Below, one piece after another: positions 24,613 to 38,990 of a stretch of 64,000 nucleotides of DNA (the first letter of the stretch is position 1; every line of letters starts with the position of its first letter). The stretch is taken from the NCBI RefSeq assembly GCF_009914755.1, contig NC_060931.1. One strand, given 5' to 3'. The notes under the pieces were generated by a model. The model was not told where the DNA came from and ran no database searches. It saw nothing but the letters and a program-made list of their open reading frames with translations. This stretch comes from the human T2T-CHM13v2.0 reference genome, Homo sapiens. The position numbers were made by a program, and so were the translations under genes.

Positions 24613-26679
24613 TATATCCCTTACTCCTTTACCATGAGCAGAGCACAAAACATTTGGGCAAATGGTCATAATAGGTTAAGATTTGGTGGGAGAAAAGTAG
24701 AGGAGAAATCTGGAGGAGATAAAGAAAATAGGGCATCTTCATCCATGAATCAGAAGTGTTGGACTTGACTCTAGTCCCTAATTCCTGGATGGTACTTCTG
24801 GACCCACCGGGGATTAGGGGACCTCGCTGCCTTGAAGGAAAGGACACAGTCCTGGCTGCTTTGCCACTGGCTAATTGTAGAGCCCCAGGGCCTCGAGCTA
24901 AAATAGGCAGTAGCCATGGGGTGGTTACAGCAGATCTTGGGCAAGACCCAGTGCTGTGCTGGCTTCAGGTCTTACCCCGTGCAGTCATAGTGGTGGCCGC
25001 CACGGGGGTGCCTGTGTTACTCCACCCCCCAGCTTTAGGGGGCTCAGAACAGAAAGAGAGACTCTAAGTTTGGGAGAAATTAAGGGAAGGAAACAGGAGT
25101 CTCTGCCTGGTAATCCAGAGAATTCTCCCGGATCTTGTCCAAGACTGTCAAGGTGGCACCTCTATAGCATTACTTGGCTAGGGGTGCTCCCTAAAGCAGA
25201 TACAGCTTAGATCACAACACTCAAGTCCTTTAAAATATCTGAAAGTCTTCCCAAGAAGGATGGGTATAAATAAGCCCAAACAGTGAAGACTACAACAAAT
25301 GGCCAGATACTGAAGAACATCTACTAGCACCAACACCATCCAGGAAAACATGACTTCACCAAATGAATTAAATAAGGTGCCAGGGACCAATCCTGGAGAA
25401 ACACAGTTATGTGACCTTTCAGACAGAAAATTCAAAATAGCTGTGTTGAAAACACTCAAAGAAATTCAAGATAACACAGAGAAGGAATTCTGAATTCTAT
25501 TATATAAATTTAACAAAAAGATTGAAATAATGAAAAAGAACCAAGCAGAAGTTCTGGAGCTGAAAAATGCAACTGGCATACTGAAGAATGCAATTGGCAT
25601 ACTGAAGAATGCATCAGAGTCCTTTAACAGCAGAATTGATCAAGCAGAAGAAAGAATTAGTGAGCTTGAAGACAGGCTATTTGAAAATATACAGTCAGAG
25701 GAGACAAAAGAAAAAAGAATAATAATAATAACAGAGAACTTCCAACTCCTAAAGAAAGATATCAATATCCAAGTACAAGAAGGTTATAGAACACTAAGCA
25801 GATTTAACCCAAAGGTTAAAGCATTTAATAGTCAAACTCCCAAAGACCAAGGATAAAGAAAGGACTTTAAAAACAGCAAGAAAAAAGAAACAAATAGCAT
25901 ACAATGAAGCTCCAATACATCTGGCAGCAGACTTTTCAGTGGAAACCTTATAGGCCAGGAGAGAGTGGCATGACATGTTTAAAGTACCAAAGGAAAAAAA
26001 CTAACCTAGAATACTAGATTTGGTGGAAATAAACTTCAAATATGAAGGAGAAACCAAAAAAGAACCAAGCAGAAGTTCTGGAGCTGAAAAATGCAATTGG
26101 CATACTGAAGAAGGCATCAGAGTCCTTTAAATAGGAGAATTGGTCAAGCAGAAGAAAGCTGAGGAATTTCATCAATACCAGACCTGTCCTACAAGAAATG
26201 CAACCGGAAGTACTTCAATCAGAAAGAAAAGGACATTAATGAGCAATAAGTAATCACCTGAAGGTACAAAACTCACTAGTCACAGTAAGTACACAGAAAA
26301 ACACAGAATAGTATCACACTGTAACTGTGGTGTATAAACTACTCTTATCCTAAGTAAAAAGACTAAATGATGAACCAATCAAAAATAACTACTTTTCAAG
26401 ACACAGTCAATACAATAAGATATAAATAAAAACAACAAAAACTTAAAACATGTTTTTGATGAAGTTAAGCTGTAGAGTGTTTAACAGTTTGCTTTTTGCT
26501 TGGTTGTTTGCTTATTCAAATAGTGTTGTTTTTATTAGGTTAAAATAATGGGTTATAAGATAGTATTTGCAAGCCTCACAGTAACTTCAAACCAAAAAAC
26601 ATACAACGGACACACAAGACATAAAAAGCAAGAGACTAAATCATAACACCAGAGAAAATTACCTTCACTAGAGGAAGAC

Positions 26680-26842
26680 AAGAAAGGAAACAAAGGAAGA
26701 AAGGAAGGGAAGGAAAAAGGGGAGGGGAAAAGAGGAGGGGAGGGGCGGGACAGGGGCAGGGACAGGGCAAGGCAAGGCAGGGCAGGGCAAGGCAAGGCAA
26801 GGCAAGACAAGGCAAGGCAAGGCAAGGCAAGGCAAGGCAAGA
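26680..26842. repeat. Purine-rich compound repeat (GGAA/GGGGA/GGGCA grading into (GGCAA)n) in the L1 inter-ORF region
   Basis: Directly visible. Confidence 0.9.
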
Positions 26843-27536
26843 CAACACCAGACCACAAAACAACCAGAAAATAAGTAACAAAATGGCAGGTATTAGTCCT
26901 TACTTATCAATAATACCATTGAATGTAAATGGATTAAACTCTTCAATCAAAAGACACAGACGGGCTGAATGGAAGAAAAAAAAAACCCCATTGATCTGTT
27001 GCCTTACAGGAAACACATTTCACCTATAAGCACACATAGACTAAAATCAAAGTGATAAAAAAAGATATTTCATGCCAATGGAAACCAAAAAAGAGCAGGA
27101 ATTGCTATACTTAGACAAAATAGATTTCAAGACAAAAACAATAAGAAGAGATAAAGAAGGTCACTATATAATGATAAAGGAGTCAATTCAGCAAGAGGAT
27201 TTAGCAATTTTAAATATATATGCACCCAACACTAGAACACCCAGATATATAAGGAAAATATTATCAGAGCTAAAGAAAGAGATAGGCCCTGATACAATAA
27301 TAGCTGGAGACTTCAATACCCCACTTTCAGCATCACTCACATCTTCCAGACAGAAAATCAACAAAGAAACATCAGGCTTAATCTGCACTATAGACCAAAT
27401 GGATCTAACAGATATCTACAAAACATTTCATCCAAGAGCTGCAGAATACGCATTCTTTTCTTCAGCACATGGATCATTCTCAAGAATAGACCATATGTCA
27501 GGTCACAAAACAAGTCTTAAAACATTCAAAAAAACA

Positions 27537-27843
27537 GGCGGTGGCTCACGCCTGTAATCCCAGCACTTTGGGAGGCTGAGGCAGGTGGATCACGAGGTCA
27601 GGAGATAGAGACCATCCTGGCTAATACGGTGAAACCCTGTCTCTACTAAAAATACAAAAAAAAAAAATTAGCCATTTGTGGTGGGGGGTGTCTGTAGTCC
27701 CAGCTACTTAGGAGGCTGAGGCAGGAGAATGGCATGAACCCAGGAGGTGGAGCTTGCAGTGAGCCAAGATTGCGCCACTGCACTCCAGCCTGGGCGACAG
27801 AGCGAAACTCTGTCTCAAAAAAATAAATAAAATAAAATAAAAA
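27537..27843 (+). mobile_element. AluY inside L1 ORF2
   Basis: ggatcacgaggtcaggagat, cctggctaa, gaatggcatgaacc, gagcttgcagtgagc. Confidence 0.9.
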
Positions 27844-29953
27844 CTGAAAAACTACCAAGCATCTTCTCTGACCACAATGGAATAAAATTCAAAATTAATA
27901 ACAAGAGGAATTTTGGAAACTACACAAATGCATGGAAATTAAACAGTATACTCTTGAATAACCAGCGGGTCGGTGAAGACATGAAGAAGGAAATTGAAAA
28001 ATTTCTTCAAACAAATGATAATGAAAACAGAACACACCAAAACCTATGTGATACAGCAAAAGCAGTACTCAGAAGGACATTTATAGCTATAAGTGCCTAT
28101 ATTGAAAAAGAGGAAAATTTTCAATGCATCTTCAAGAACTTGAAAAGCAAGAGCAAACCAAACCCAAAATTAGTAGAAGAAAAAATAAATAAATAAAGAC
28201 CAGAGCAGAAATAAATGAAATTGAAATTTTAAAAAAATACAAAAGATCAACCAAAAAGTTGGTTTTTTGAAATGTTAAACAAAATTGACAAACCTTTAGC
28301 CACACTAAGAAAAAGAGAAGATCCAAATAAATAAAATCAGAAATGAAAAGAGAGACATTACAAGTGATACTGCAGAAATTCAAAGGATTGTCAGTGTCTA
28401 CACTATGAGCAAGTACATGCCAATAAATTGGAAAATCTGGAAGAAATGGACAAATTCCTAGATACATACAACTGACCAAGATGAACCAGGAAGAAATCCA
28501 AAACTGGAACAGACCAATAAGAAGCAACAAGATTGAAGCTGTAATAAAACATCTCCCAGTAAAGAAAAGCCCAGGACCTGATGGCTTCACTGCTGAATTC
28601 TACCAAACATTTAAAGAACTAACACCAATCCTAATCAAACTAGTCCAAAAAAATAGAGCAGAACAGAATACTTCCAAATTCATTCTACAAGGCCAGTATT
28701 ACTGATACCAAAACGAGAAAAAGACGCATCCAAGAAAGAAAGAAAGAAAAAAAAATATAGGCCAATATATTTGATGAATAATTGATGCAAAAATCATCAA
28801 CAAAATACAAGCAATCTGAATTCAACAATGCATTAGACAGATCATTCATCATGACCAAGTGGGATTTATCTCTGGGATGCAAGGATGGCTCAACATATAC
28901 AAATCAATCAACATGATACATCATATCAATAGAATGAAGGATGAAAACCATATGATCATTTCAACTGATGCTGAAAAGGCATTTGATAAAATTCAACATC
29001 CCTTCATGACAAAAACGCTTTAAAAAACTGGGTATAGAAGGAACATATCTCAACATAATAAAAGCCATACATGACAAACCTACAGCTAGTATCATACTGA
29101 ATGAGGAAAAACTGAAAGCCTTTCCTCTAAAATCTGGAACACGACAAAGATGCCCATTGTCACTGCTGTTATTCAACACAGTACTGGAAGTCCTAGCTAG
29201 AGCAATCAGACAACAGAAAGAAATAAAGGCATCCAAATTGGAAAGGAGGAAGTCAAACTATCCTTGTTTGCCAATAATATGATCTTATATTTGGAAAAAC
29301 CTAAAGACTCCACAAAGAAACTACTAGAACTGAGAAACAAATTCAGTAAAGCTGCAGGATACAAAATCAACACACAAAAATCAGCAGTATTTCTATATGT
29401 CAACAGTGAACAATGTGAAAAAGAAATTTAAAAAGTAATCCCATTTACAATAGCCACACATAAAATTAAATACCTAGAAATTAACTTAAAGAGGTGAAAG
29501 ATCTCTATAATGAAAACTATAAAATACTTATAAAGAAAATTGAAGATGACACCTAAAAATCAAAAAATATTTCATGTTCATGGGTTGGAAGAATCAATAT
29601 TGTTACAATGTCCATATTACCCAAAGCAATCTACAGATTCAATGCAATCCCTATCAAAATACCAATGACATTCTTCCCCAAAACAGAAAAAAAAATCCTC
29701 AAATTTACATGGAACCACAAAAGACTCAGAACAGCCAATGTTACCCTAAGCAAAAAGAACAAAGCTGGAGGAATCGCATATCTAACTTCAAATCATACTA
29801 CAGAGTTATAGTTATCAAAACAGCATGGTACTGGCACAAAAACAGACACATAGACCAATGGAACAGATTAAAGAACACAGAAGCAAATCCACACACTTAG
29901 AGTGAAATCATTTTTGACAAAGGTACTAAGAACATAGACTGGAGAAAAGACAG

Positions 29954-30263
<310 letters not shown>

Positions 30264-30292
30264 AAGACAGTCTCTTTAATAAATGCTGCTTG

Positions 30293-30632
<340 letters not shown>

Positions 30633-32151
30633 CTATCTCTCACCATATACAAAAATCAAATCAAAATGGATTAAAGACTTAAATCTAAAGCCTCAAACTA
30701 TGAAACTACTACAAGAAAACATTGGAGAAAATTTCCAGGACATTAGTCTGGGTAAAGACTTCTTGAGCAAAACCCCGCAAGCACAGGCAACCAAAGCAAA
30801 CATGGACAAATGGGATCACATCAAGTTAAAAAGCTTCTTCACAGCAAAGAATACAATCAACAAAATGAAGAGAGAACACACAGAATGGGAGAAAATATTT
30901 GCAAAATACCCCTCTGACAAGGGATTAGTAACCAGACTACATAAGGAGCTCAAACAAGTCTACAGGAAAAAAGCCTAACAATCCAATCAAAAAATAGGCA
31001 AAACCTTTGAACAGACATTTCTCAAAAGAAGACATGCAAATGGCAGACATATGACAAGGTGCTCAACATCACTGATCATCAGAGAAATGCAAATCAAAAC
31101 TACAATGAGACATCATCTCACCCCAGTTAAAATGGCTTATATCCAAAAGACAGGCAATAGCAAATGCTGACGAGCATGTGAATGACAGACAGCCCTTGTA
31201 TGCTATTGGTGGGAATGTAAATTAGTACAACTACCATGGAAAACAGTTTGGAGGTTCCTCAAAAAAACAAAAAATTGAGGTACCATAGGATCCAGCAATC
31301 CCACTGCTGGATATATGCCCAAAAGAAAGGAAATCAGTATACTGAAGAGATATCTGCACTCCTACGTTTGTTGCAGCATTATTTATGATAGCTAAGATTT
31401 CAAAGCAACTAAGTGTCCATAAACAGATGACTGGATAAAGAAAATGTGGTACATATACACAATGGAGTACTATTCAGCCATAAAAAAGAATGAGATCCAG
31501 TCATTTGCAACAACATGGATGGAACTGGAAATCATTATGTTAAGTGAAATAAGCCAGGCACTGAAAGACAAACACTGCATGTTCTCACTTACTTGTGGGA
31601 TCTAAAAATCAAATCAACTGAACTCATAGACACGGAGTGTAGAGGATGGTTATCAGAGGCGAGGAAGAGTAGTGGAGGATTGGAGGGGGAGGTTAATGGG
31701 TATGAAAAAAATAGAAAGAATGAATAAGACCTACTATTGAATAGCACAATAGGGTGATTATAGTCAACAGTAACTTAATTGTATATTTTAAAATAACTTA
31801 AAGAATGTAATTGGATTATTTGGAACTCAAAGGATAAATGCTTGAGGGGATGGATGGCCCATGCTCCATGATGTGCCTATGTCACACTGCATGCCCGTAT
31901 CAAAATGTCTTATGTACCCCATAAATGTATACATCTACTATATACCCACAAAATTTTTTAAAAAATAATTTTAAAAAAATTTTAAAAAGAAGTGTTGGAC
32001 TAAATTTCCTCTGTTATCCTTTCTAACTCTATACTTCTACAATTTGTTTTAATCAATACCACAAATTATAAGCAAAGAAGAAATATTTATACCTTACATG
32101 ATAATGTTTTAGAATCCTTAACACATAATGTTTAATAAAAAGAATGTGCCG

Positions 32152-32520
<369 letters not shown>

Positions 32521-32774
32521 TTAAATTCACCATCAACTAGTCAAAAGAAAAGCCAGTTAACAGTGAAATACCATTATTGGGAAATCCTTAAAAGATTAAC
32601 AGCCAATGTATAAAAAATGCTTACTATCATGGAAAGATGTTTCCTATAGTATGAAAAAATTAAAGTATAAAACACAGTATCCAGAATATCATGTCTAATA
32701 TGCACAGAAAATGTCTCTAGACAGATAATATACTACAATTTTAACAGGGGTTAGTTTTGAAATCAGATTATAAA

Positions 32775-32896
32775 GCTGGGCATGGTGGTGAGCAATTATA
32801 TTCCCACCTACTTTAGAGGCTGATGTGGGAGGTTCCCTTGAGCTTGAGACCAGCCTGGGCAACATAGTGACACCCTGTCTCTTTAAAATAAAAAAT
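32775..32896 (+). mobile_element. FLAM (Alu left monomer)
   Basis: Monomer with TSD aatcagattat. Confidence 0.8.
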
Positions 32897-33959
32897 TTTT
32901 AATCAGATTATGAAACAATCAACAGACTATGATGTCATATATGTACAGAAAATGTCTCTAGACAGTTGTATACCATAATTTTTGTAGGAATTATTTCTGT
33001 TACCAGTGATTACTTTCTTCATTATTCTAATCAGGTATGCTGATTTTAAAATGAGTTCACAAATTCCTTAACACTCCTCCTTCGAAAGGCAGAGCCTAAT
33101 CCCTTTCCCCTTGAATGGGGGTCAACTTCACCCATTTGATTCTAAAGGACAGAATGTGGCTAAAGTGATGCTATGTGACATCTGAGACTAGGTCATAAAA
33201 AAATATATAGCTTCTACTTGGCTCTTTCTTCGGGGGAAGCCAGCTACAAAGTCATGAGGGCACTCAAGTAGACAGTGGAAAAACTCATGTGAAAAGGGAC
33301 CAAGGCCTCCTGACAACAGTCAGCACCAACTTGCAGCCATGTGAGTGAGCCTCCCTGAAAGTGGATTCAAACTTTCGGATCACTGCAGCCTCAGCTAAAA
33401 TTCTGACTGCAATTTCATGAATAGTTCTAAGCCAGAGACTGCTAAGCCATTCCCCAATGCTTGACTCACAGAAATGTGAGAATAAAAGGTTTATTACTTA
33501 ATAATAAATATATGTACACTTCATTTTATTGCATTTCACTTTATTGCACATTGCAGACATCGCACCTTCTACAAGTTGAAGGTCTGTGGCAACTCTGTCG
33601 AGAAAGTCTATCGGCACCATTTTTCCAACAGCATGTGTTGGCTTTGTGTCTCTGTGTCACCTTTTGGTAATTTTCACATCTGAAACTTTTTCATTATTAT
33701 TATATCTGTTACGGTGATCTATAGTTACCATTGTAATTGTTTTGGGAACCATGAGCCACACCCATATAGGATAGCATATTTCATTGATAAATATTGTGTA
33801 TGTTTTGATTGTTCCACTGACTGACTCTTCCCCTTGTCTCTCTCCCTCTCCTTGGGCTTCCCTATTCCCTGAGACATAACAATATTGAAATTAGGCCAAT
33901 TAATAACCCTACAATGACTTCTAAGTGTTCAAATAAAAGGAAGAATCACACACCTCTCA

Positions 33960-34222
<263 letters not shown>

Positions 34223-34939
34223 AAGCTAGAAATGATTAAGCTTGGTAAGAAATTCATGTTGAAAGCCAAGACAGACTGAAAGCTGGCCTCTTGCACCAAA
34301 CAGCCAAGTTGTGAATGCAAAGGTAAAGTCATTGAAGGTAAATACAAGTGCTGCTCTAGTGAATACACAAATGGTAAGAAAGCAAAAAAGCCTTTTTGCT
34401 GATATGAAGTGTCAGTGGTCTGGATAGAAGATTAAATCAGTTACAACACTCCTTTAAGGTGAAATCTAATGCAGCTCAAGGCCCTAACTCTGCTCAATTC
34501 TATGAAGACTGAGAGGTAAGGAAGCCACAGAAGAAAAGTTGAAATCTAGCAGAGGTTGGTTCATGAGGTTTAAGGAAAGAAGCCATCTTCATAACATAAA
34601 AGTGCAAGGAGTTTGGAAGAAGCTGATTCCAACTCTTATGGATGACTTAGAGGTTCAGGACTTCAGTGGAGAAAGTCGCTGCAGATATGATGGAAATAGC
34701 AAGAGAACTACAATTAGAAGTAGGCCCTGAAGATGTGACTGAATTGTTGAAATCTCATGATAAAACATGAAGGGATGCAAAGTTGCTTCTTAGGATGAGC
34801 AAAAAAAGTGGTTTCTTGCGATGGAATCTACCACCAGTAAAGACACTGTGAACATTGATGAAATGACAATAATGGAAGGATCAGTATATTACATAAATTT
34901 AGGCGATACAGCAGTGGCAGGATTTGAGAGGATTGCCTC

Positions 34940-35308
34940 TGATATGGTTTGGCTCTGTGTCTCCACCCAAATCTCATCTCGAATTATAATCCTCACGTGT
35001 CCAGGGAAGGACCTGGTGGGAAGTGATTGGATCATCGGGGAAGTGGGGGTTCCCCATGTTGTTCTTGTGATAGTGAGTGAGTTCCCACAAGATCTGATAG
35101 TTTAAAAGTGTTTGGCAGTTCCCTCCTTGCTCTCTGTCTCTCCTTCCACCTTGTGAAGAAGCTGCTTGTGTCTCTTTAACTTTCTGCCATGATTTTAAGT
35201 TTCCTGAGGCGCCCCCAGCCATGTGGAAATGCAAGTCAATTAAACCTCCTTTATAAATTACCCTGTCTCAGGTAGTTCTTTATAGCAGTGTGAAAACGGA
35301 CTAATACA
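34940..35308 (+). mobile_element. THE1 (THE1D-like) solo LTR inside Tigger1
   Basis: tgatatggtttggctctgtgt...gcagtgtgaaaacggactaataca; TSD gcctc/gtctc. Confidence 0.9.
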
Positions 35309-35870
35309 GTCTCCAATTTTGAAAGGGAGTTCTACTTTGGGTAAAATGCTAGCAAATGTCATCACATGCCTCAGAGAAATCTTTCATGGAAGGAAGAGTC
35401 AATCTATGTGGCAAAACTCACTGTTATCTTACTTTTAAAAATTGCCACAGCCATCCCAAACCTTCAGCAACCACTGTCCTGATTAGTCAGCAGTGATCCA
35501 CATTGACGCAAGACGCTCCACCAGCAAAAAGATTACAACTTGCTGAAGGGTAAGATGATTGTTAGCACTTTTTTTTAGCAATAAAGTATTTTTAAATTAA
35601 GGTATGCACATTGTTTTTTAGACATAATACTAATTGCACACTTAATAGACTACAGTATAGTGTAAACATAACTTTTATGCATATAAATCAAAAAACTCAT
35701 GAATTGCTTTATTGCAATATTCATTTTATTGCAGTGGTCTGAAACCAAACCCACAATATCTCTGAGGTATGGCTGTGATAATAAAATAATACATAGGTTT
35801 AGGGGTAATCTGCTATACAGCAATAAATAATTAATACATCTGTATAGGGCTGTGGTCAAAAGTGTAGGCT

Positions 35871-36350
35871 CTGCAGTATTCATAATAACCAAAAGATGGA
35901 AATAACCCAAATAAATGTCCATGAACAGATGAATGGATAAATTTTGGTATACATACATAATAGAATATTATTAGCTTTAAAAAAAGAATGAAATTCTGAT
36001 ACATGCTACAACATGATGACCCTTAAAGACATTATGCTAAGTAAAATAAGCCAGACACAAATGTACAAATACAGTATGACTTTACTCACATGAAGTACCT
36101 AGAACAGGCCAATTCAGAGACTAAAAATAGAATAGAGGTTGTGGGAGCAGAGGGTAGGGAGGTGGGTGAATGGGGAGTTACTGTTTAATGGATACAGAGT
36201 TTCCGTTTACAATGATGAAAACATTATGAAAACAGTGATTGGTGGTTACTCAACATTGTGAATGTACTTAATGCCACTGAAATGTATACTTAAAAGTGGT
36301 TAAAATTGTAAATTTCATAATATGTGTCTTTTACCATAATAAAAAAAAAA
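35871..36350 (+). mobile_element. L1MB-type 3' end inserted into a MIR (MIR parts about 35845-35873 and 36360-36480)
   Basis: gaatgaaattctgatacatgctacaacatg...gtgaatgtacttaatgccactgaa...A-tail. Confidence 0.8.
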
Positions 36351-36717
36351 GGAGGGGACAAGCCTTGGAATAAGATGGCTTGGGTCTCAACCTTGGTTCC
36401 GATACTTACTAGGCATGTAACCTAGTCTCTCTATACCTTAATTTCTTCATGTACAAAATGGGTATAACAACAATGCCTACGGCAAAAATCAACTCAAAGT
36501 GAATTAAAGACTTAAGTGGAATACCTGAAACTAAAAATATTAGAAGAAAACAGAAGAGAAGCTCCATGATGTTGGTCTTGGCAAAGAATTTTTAGATATG
36601 ACCCCCAAAGCACAGGTAACAAAAGCAAAAGTTGGTAAATGGGGTTACATCAAACTAAAAAGTTTCTGTACGGCAAAGGAAACAATCAACAGAGTGAAGA
36701 GACAACCTATGGAATAG

Positions 36718-37126
<409 letters not shown>

Positions 37127-37748
37127 GTGGGCAAAGGACCTGAATAAACTTTTCTCAAAAGAAGACCTACAAATGTCCAACAGGTATACAAAAAAAATGT
37201 TCAATACCACTAGACATCAGGGAAATGCAAATTAAAACCACGATGAGATAACACCTCACACCTGTCAGAACAGCTATTATCAAAAAGACAAAAGATAACC
37301 AGTGTTTGTGAGGATGTGAAGAAATGGAAAGCCTTGTATACTGTTTGTGGGAATGTAAATTAGAACAACCATTATGGAAAACAGTATGGAGCTTCCCCCA
37401 AAAAATTAAAAATAGAGCTACCATATGATCCAGTAATCCCACTTCTGGGAATATATCCAAAAGATACAAAATCAGTATGTCAAGGAGATATCTGCACTCC
37501 CATCTTCACTGTAGCATTATTCACAATAGCCAAGATACGGAATCAGCCTAAGTGTCCATGAAGATGAACAGATGAAGAAAATGTAGTATATGTATAAAAT
37601 GGAATACCATTTAGCCTTTCAAAAGAAGGAAATCTTGTCATTTGTGCCAATATGGATGAACCTGGAGGGCATTAAGTTAAGTAAAAAAGCCAGGCACAGT
37701 AAGACAAATGCTGCATGATCTTAATTTATATGTAGCGTTAAAAAGTTG

Positions 37749-38061
37749 GGCTGGGCACAGTGGTTCGCACCCGTAATCTCAGTGTTTTGGAAGGCTGAAG
37801 CAGGAGGATCACTTGAGGCCAGGAGTTCAAGACCAGACTAGCCAACCTGGCAAGTCTCCATCTCCACAAAAATAAAAAAATTAGCCAGTCATTGTGGTAC
37901 ACCCTTGTAGTCCTAACCACTCAGGAGGCTAAGGCATGAAGATGGCTTGAGGTTACAGTAAACTGAGATTGCACCACTGCACTCCAGCCTGGACCATGTC
38001 TCTAAAAGAAAAAAAAGGAAAGAAAAAGAAAGAAAAAAAAAGAAAACAAGAAAAACAAAAA
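37749..38061 (+). mobile_element. AluJ
   Basis: Diverged Alu with long GA-rich tail. Confidence 0.85.
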
Positions 38062-38302
38062 AGTCAAACTCACAGAAACAGAGAGCAAAATGGTGGTTAC
38101 CAGACACTGAGGAATAGGAGGAATGGGGAGATGCTAGTCCAAGGATACAAAATTTCAGTTAGATAGGAGGAGTAAGTTCAGAAATCTATTGTACATCACG
38201 GTGACTGCTTAACCTACTTATACTTGAAAATTGCTAACAGTGGATTTCAAAGGTTCTCACCACAAAAATATAAGTACATGAGGTAACACTTGAGCTAAAT
38301 AA

Positions 38303-38674
<372 letters not shown>

Positions 38675-38859
38675 CTATATATAATTTTAATTGTCAATTT
38701 AAATTTTTTTAAATTAAAAAATAAAAATAAAATGAAGTCAAGTAGTTTGACCAGTCACAAAGCAAGTCTCAGAGCTTTCATCTCTTATTTGTTAGCATCC
38801 AAAGCTCATGTCCCTAAACACAACAAGCCTGAAGAGCAGGTATTCGTGTTCCACCAGAA

Positions 38860-38990
38860 AAAGATTGTAGGCTTTGGAGAAAAAAAAGACCTAAATTTCT
38901 ACCTCAGCTCCACCATTATTTGCTGTGTAGCTTTGGGCAAATCACCTAATCTCTCTGGGCCATAGTTTCTTCAATAATAAAACAATAATT
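38860..38990 (+). mobile_element. MIR
   Basis: tgctgtgtagctttgggcaaatcacctaatctctctgggccatagtttc. Confidence 0.7.

Noticed and set aside
26553-26881. ORFs with PCLAL repeats
   Set aside because: Translation of the (TTGCC)n microsatellite.
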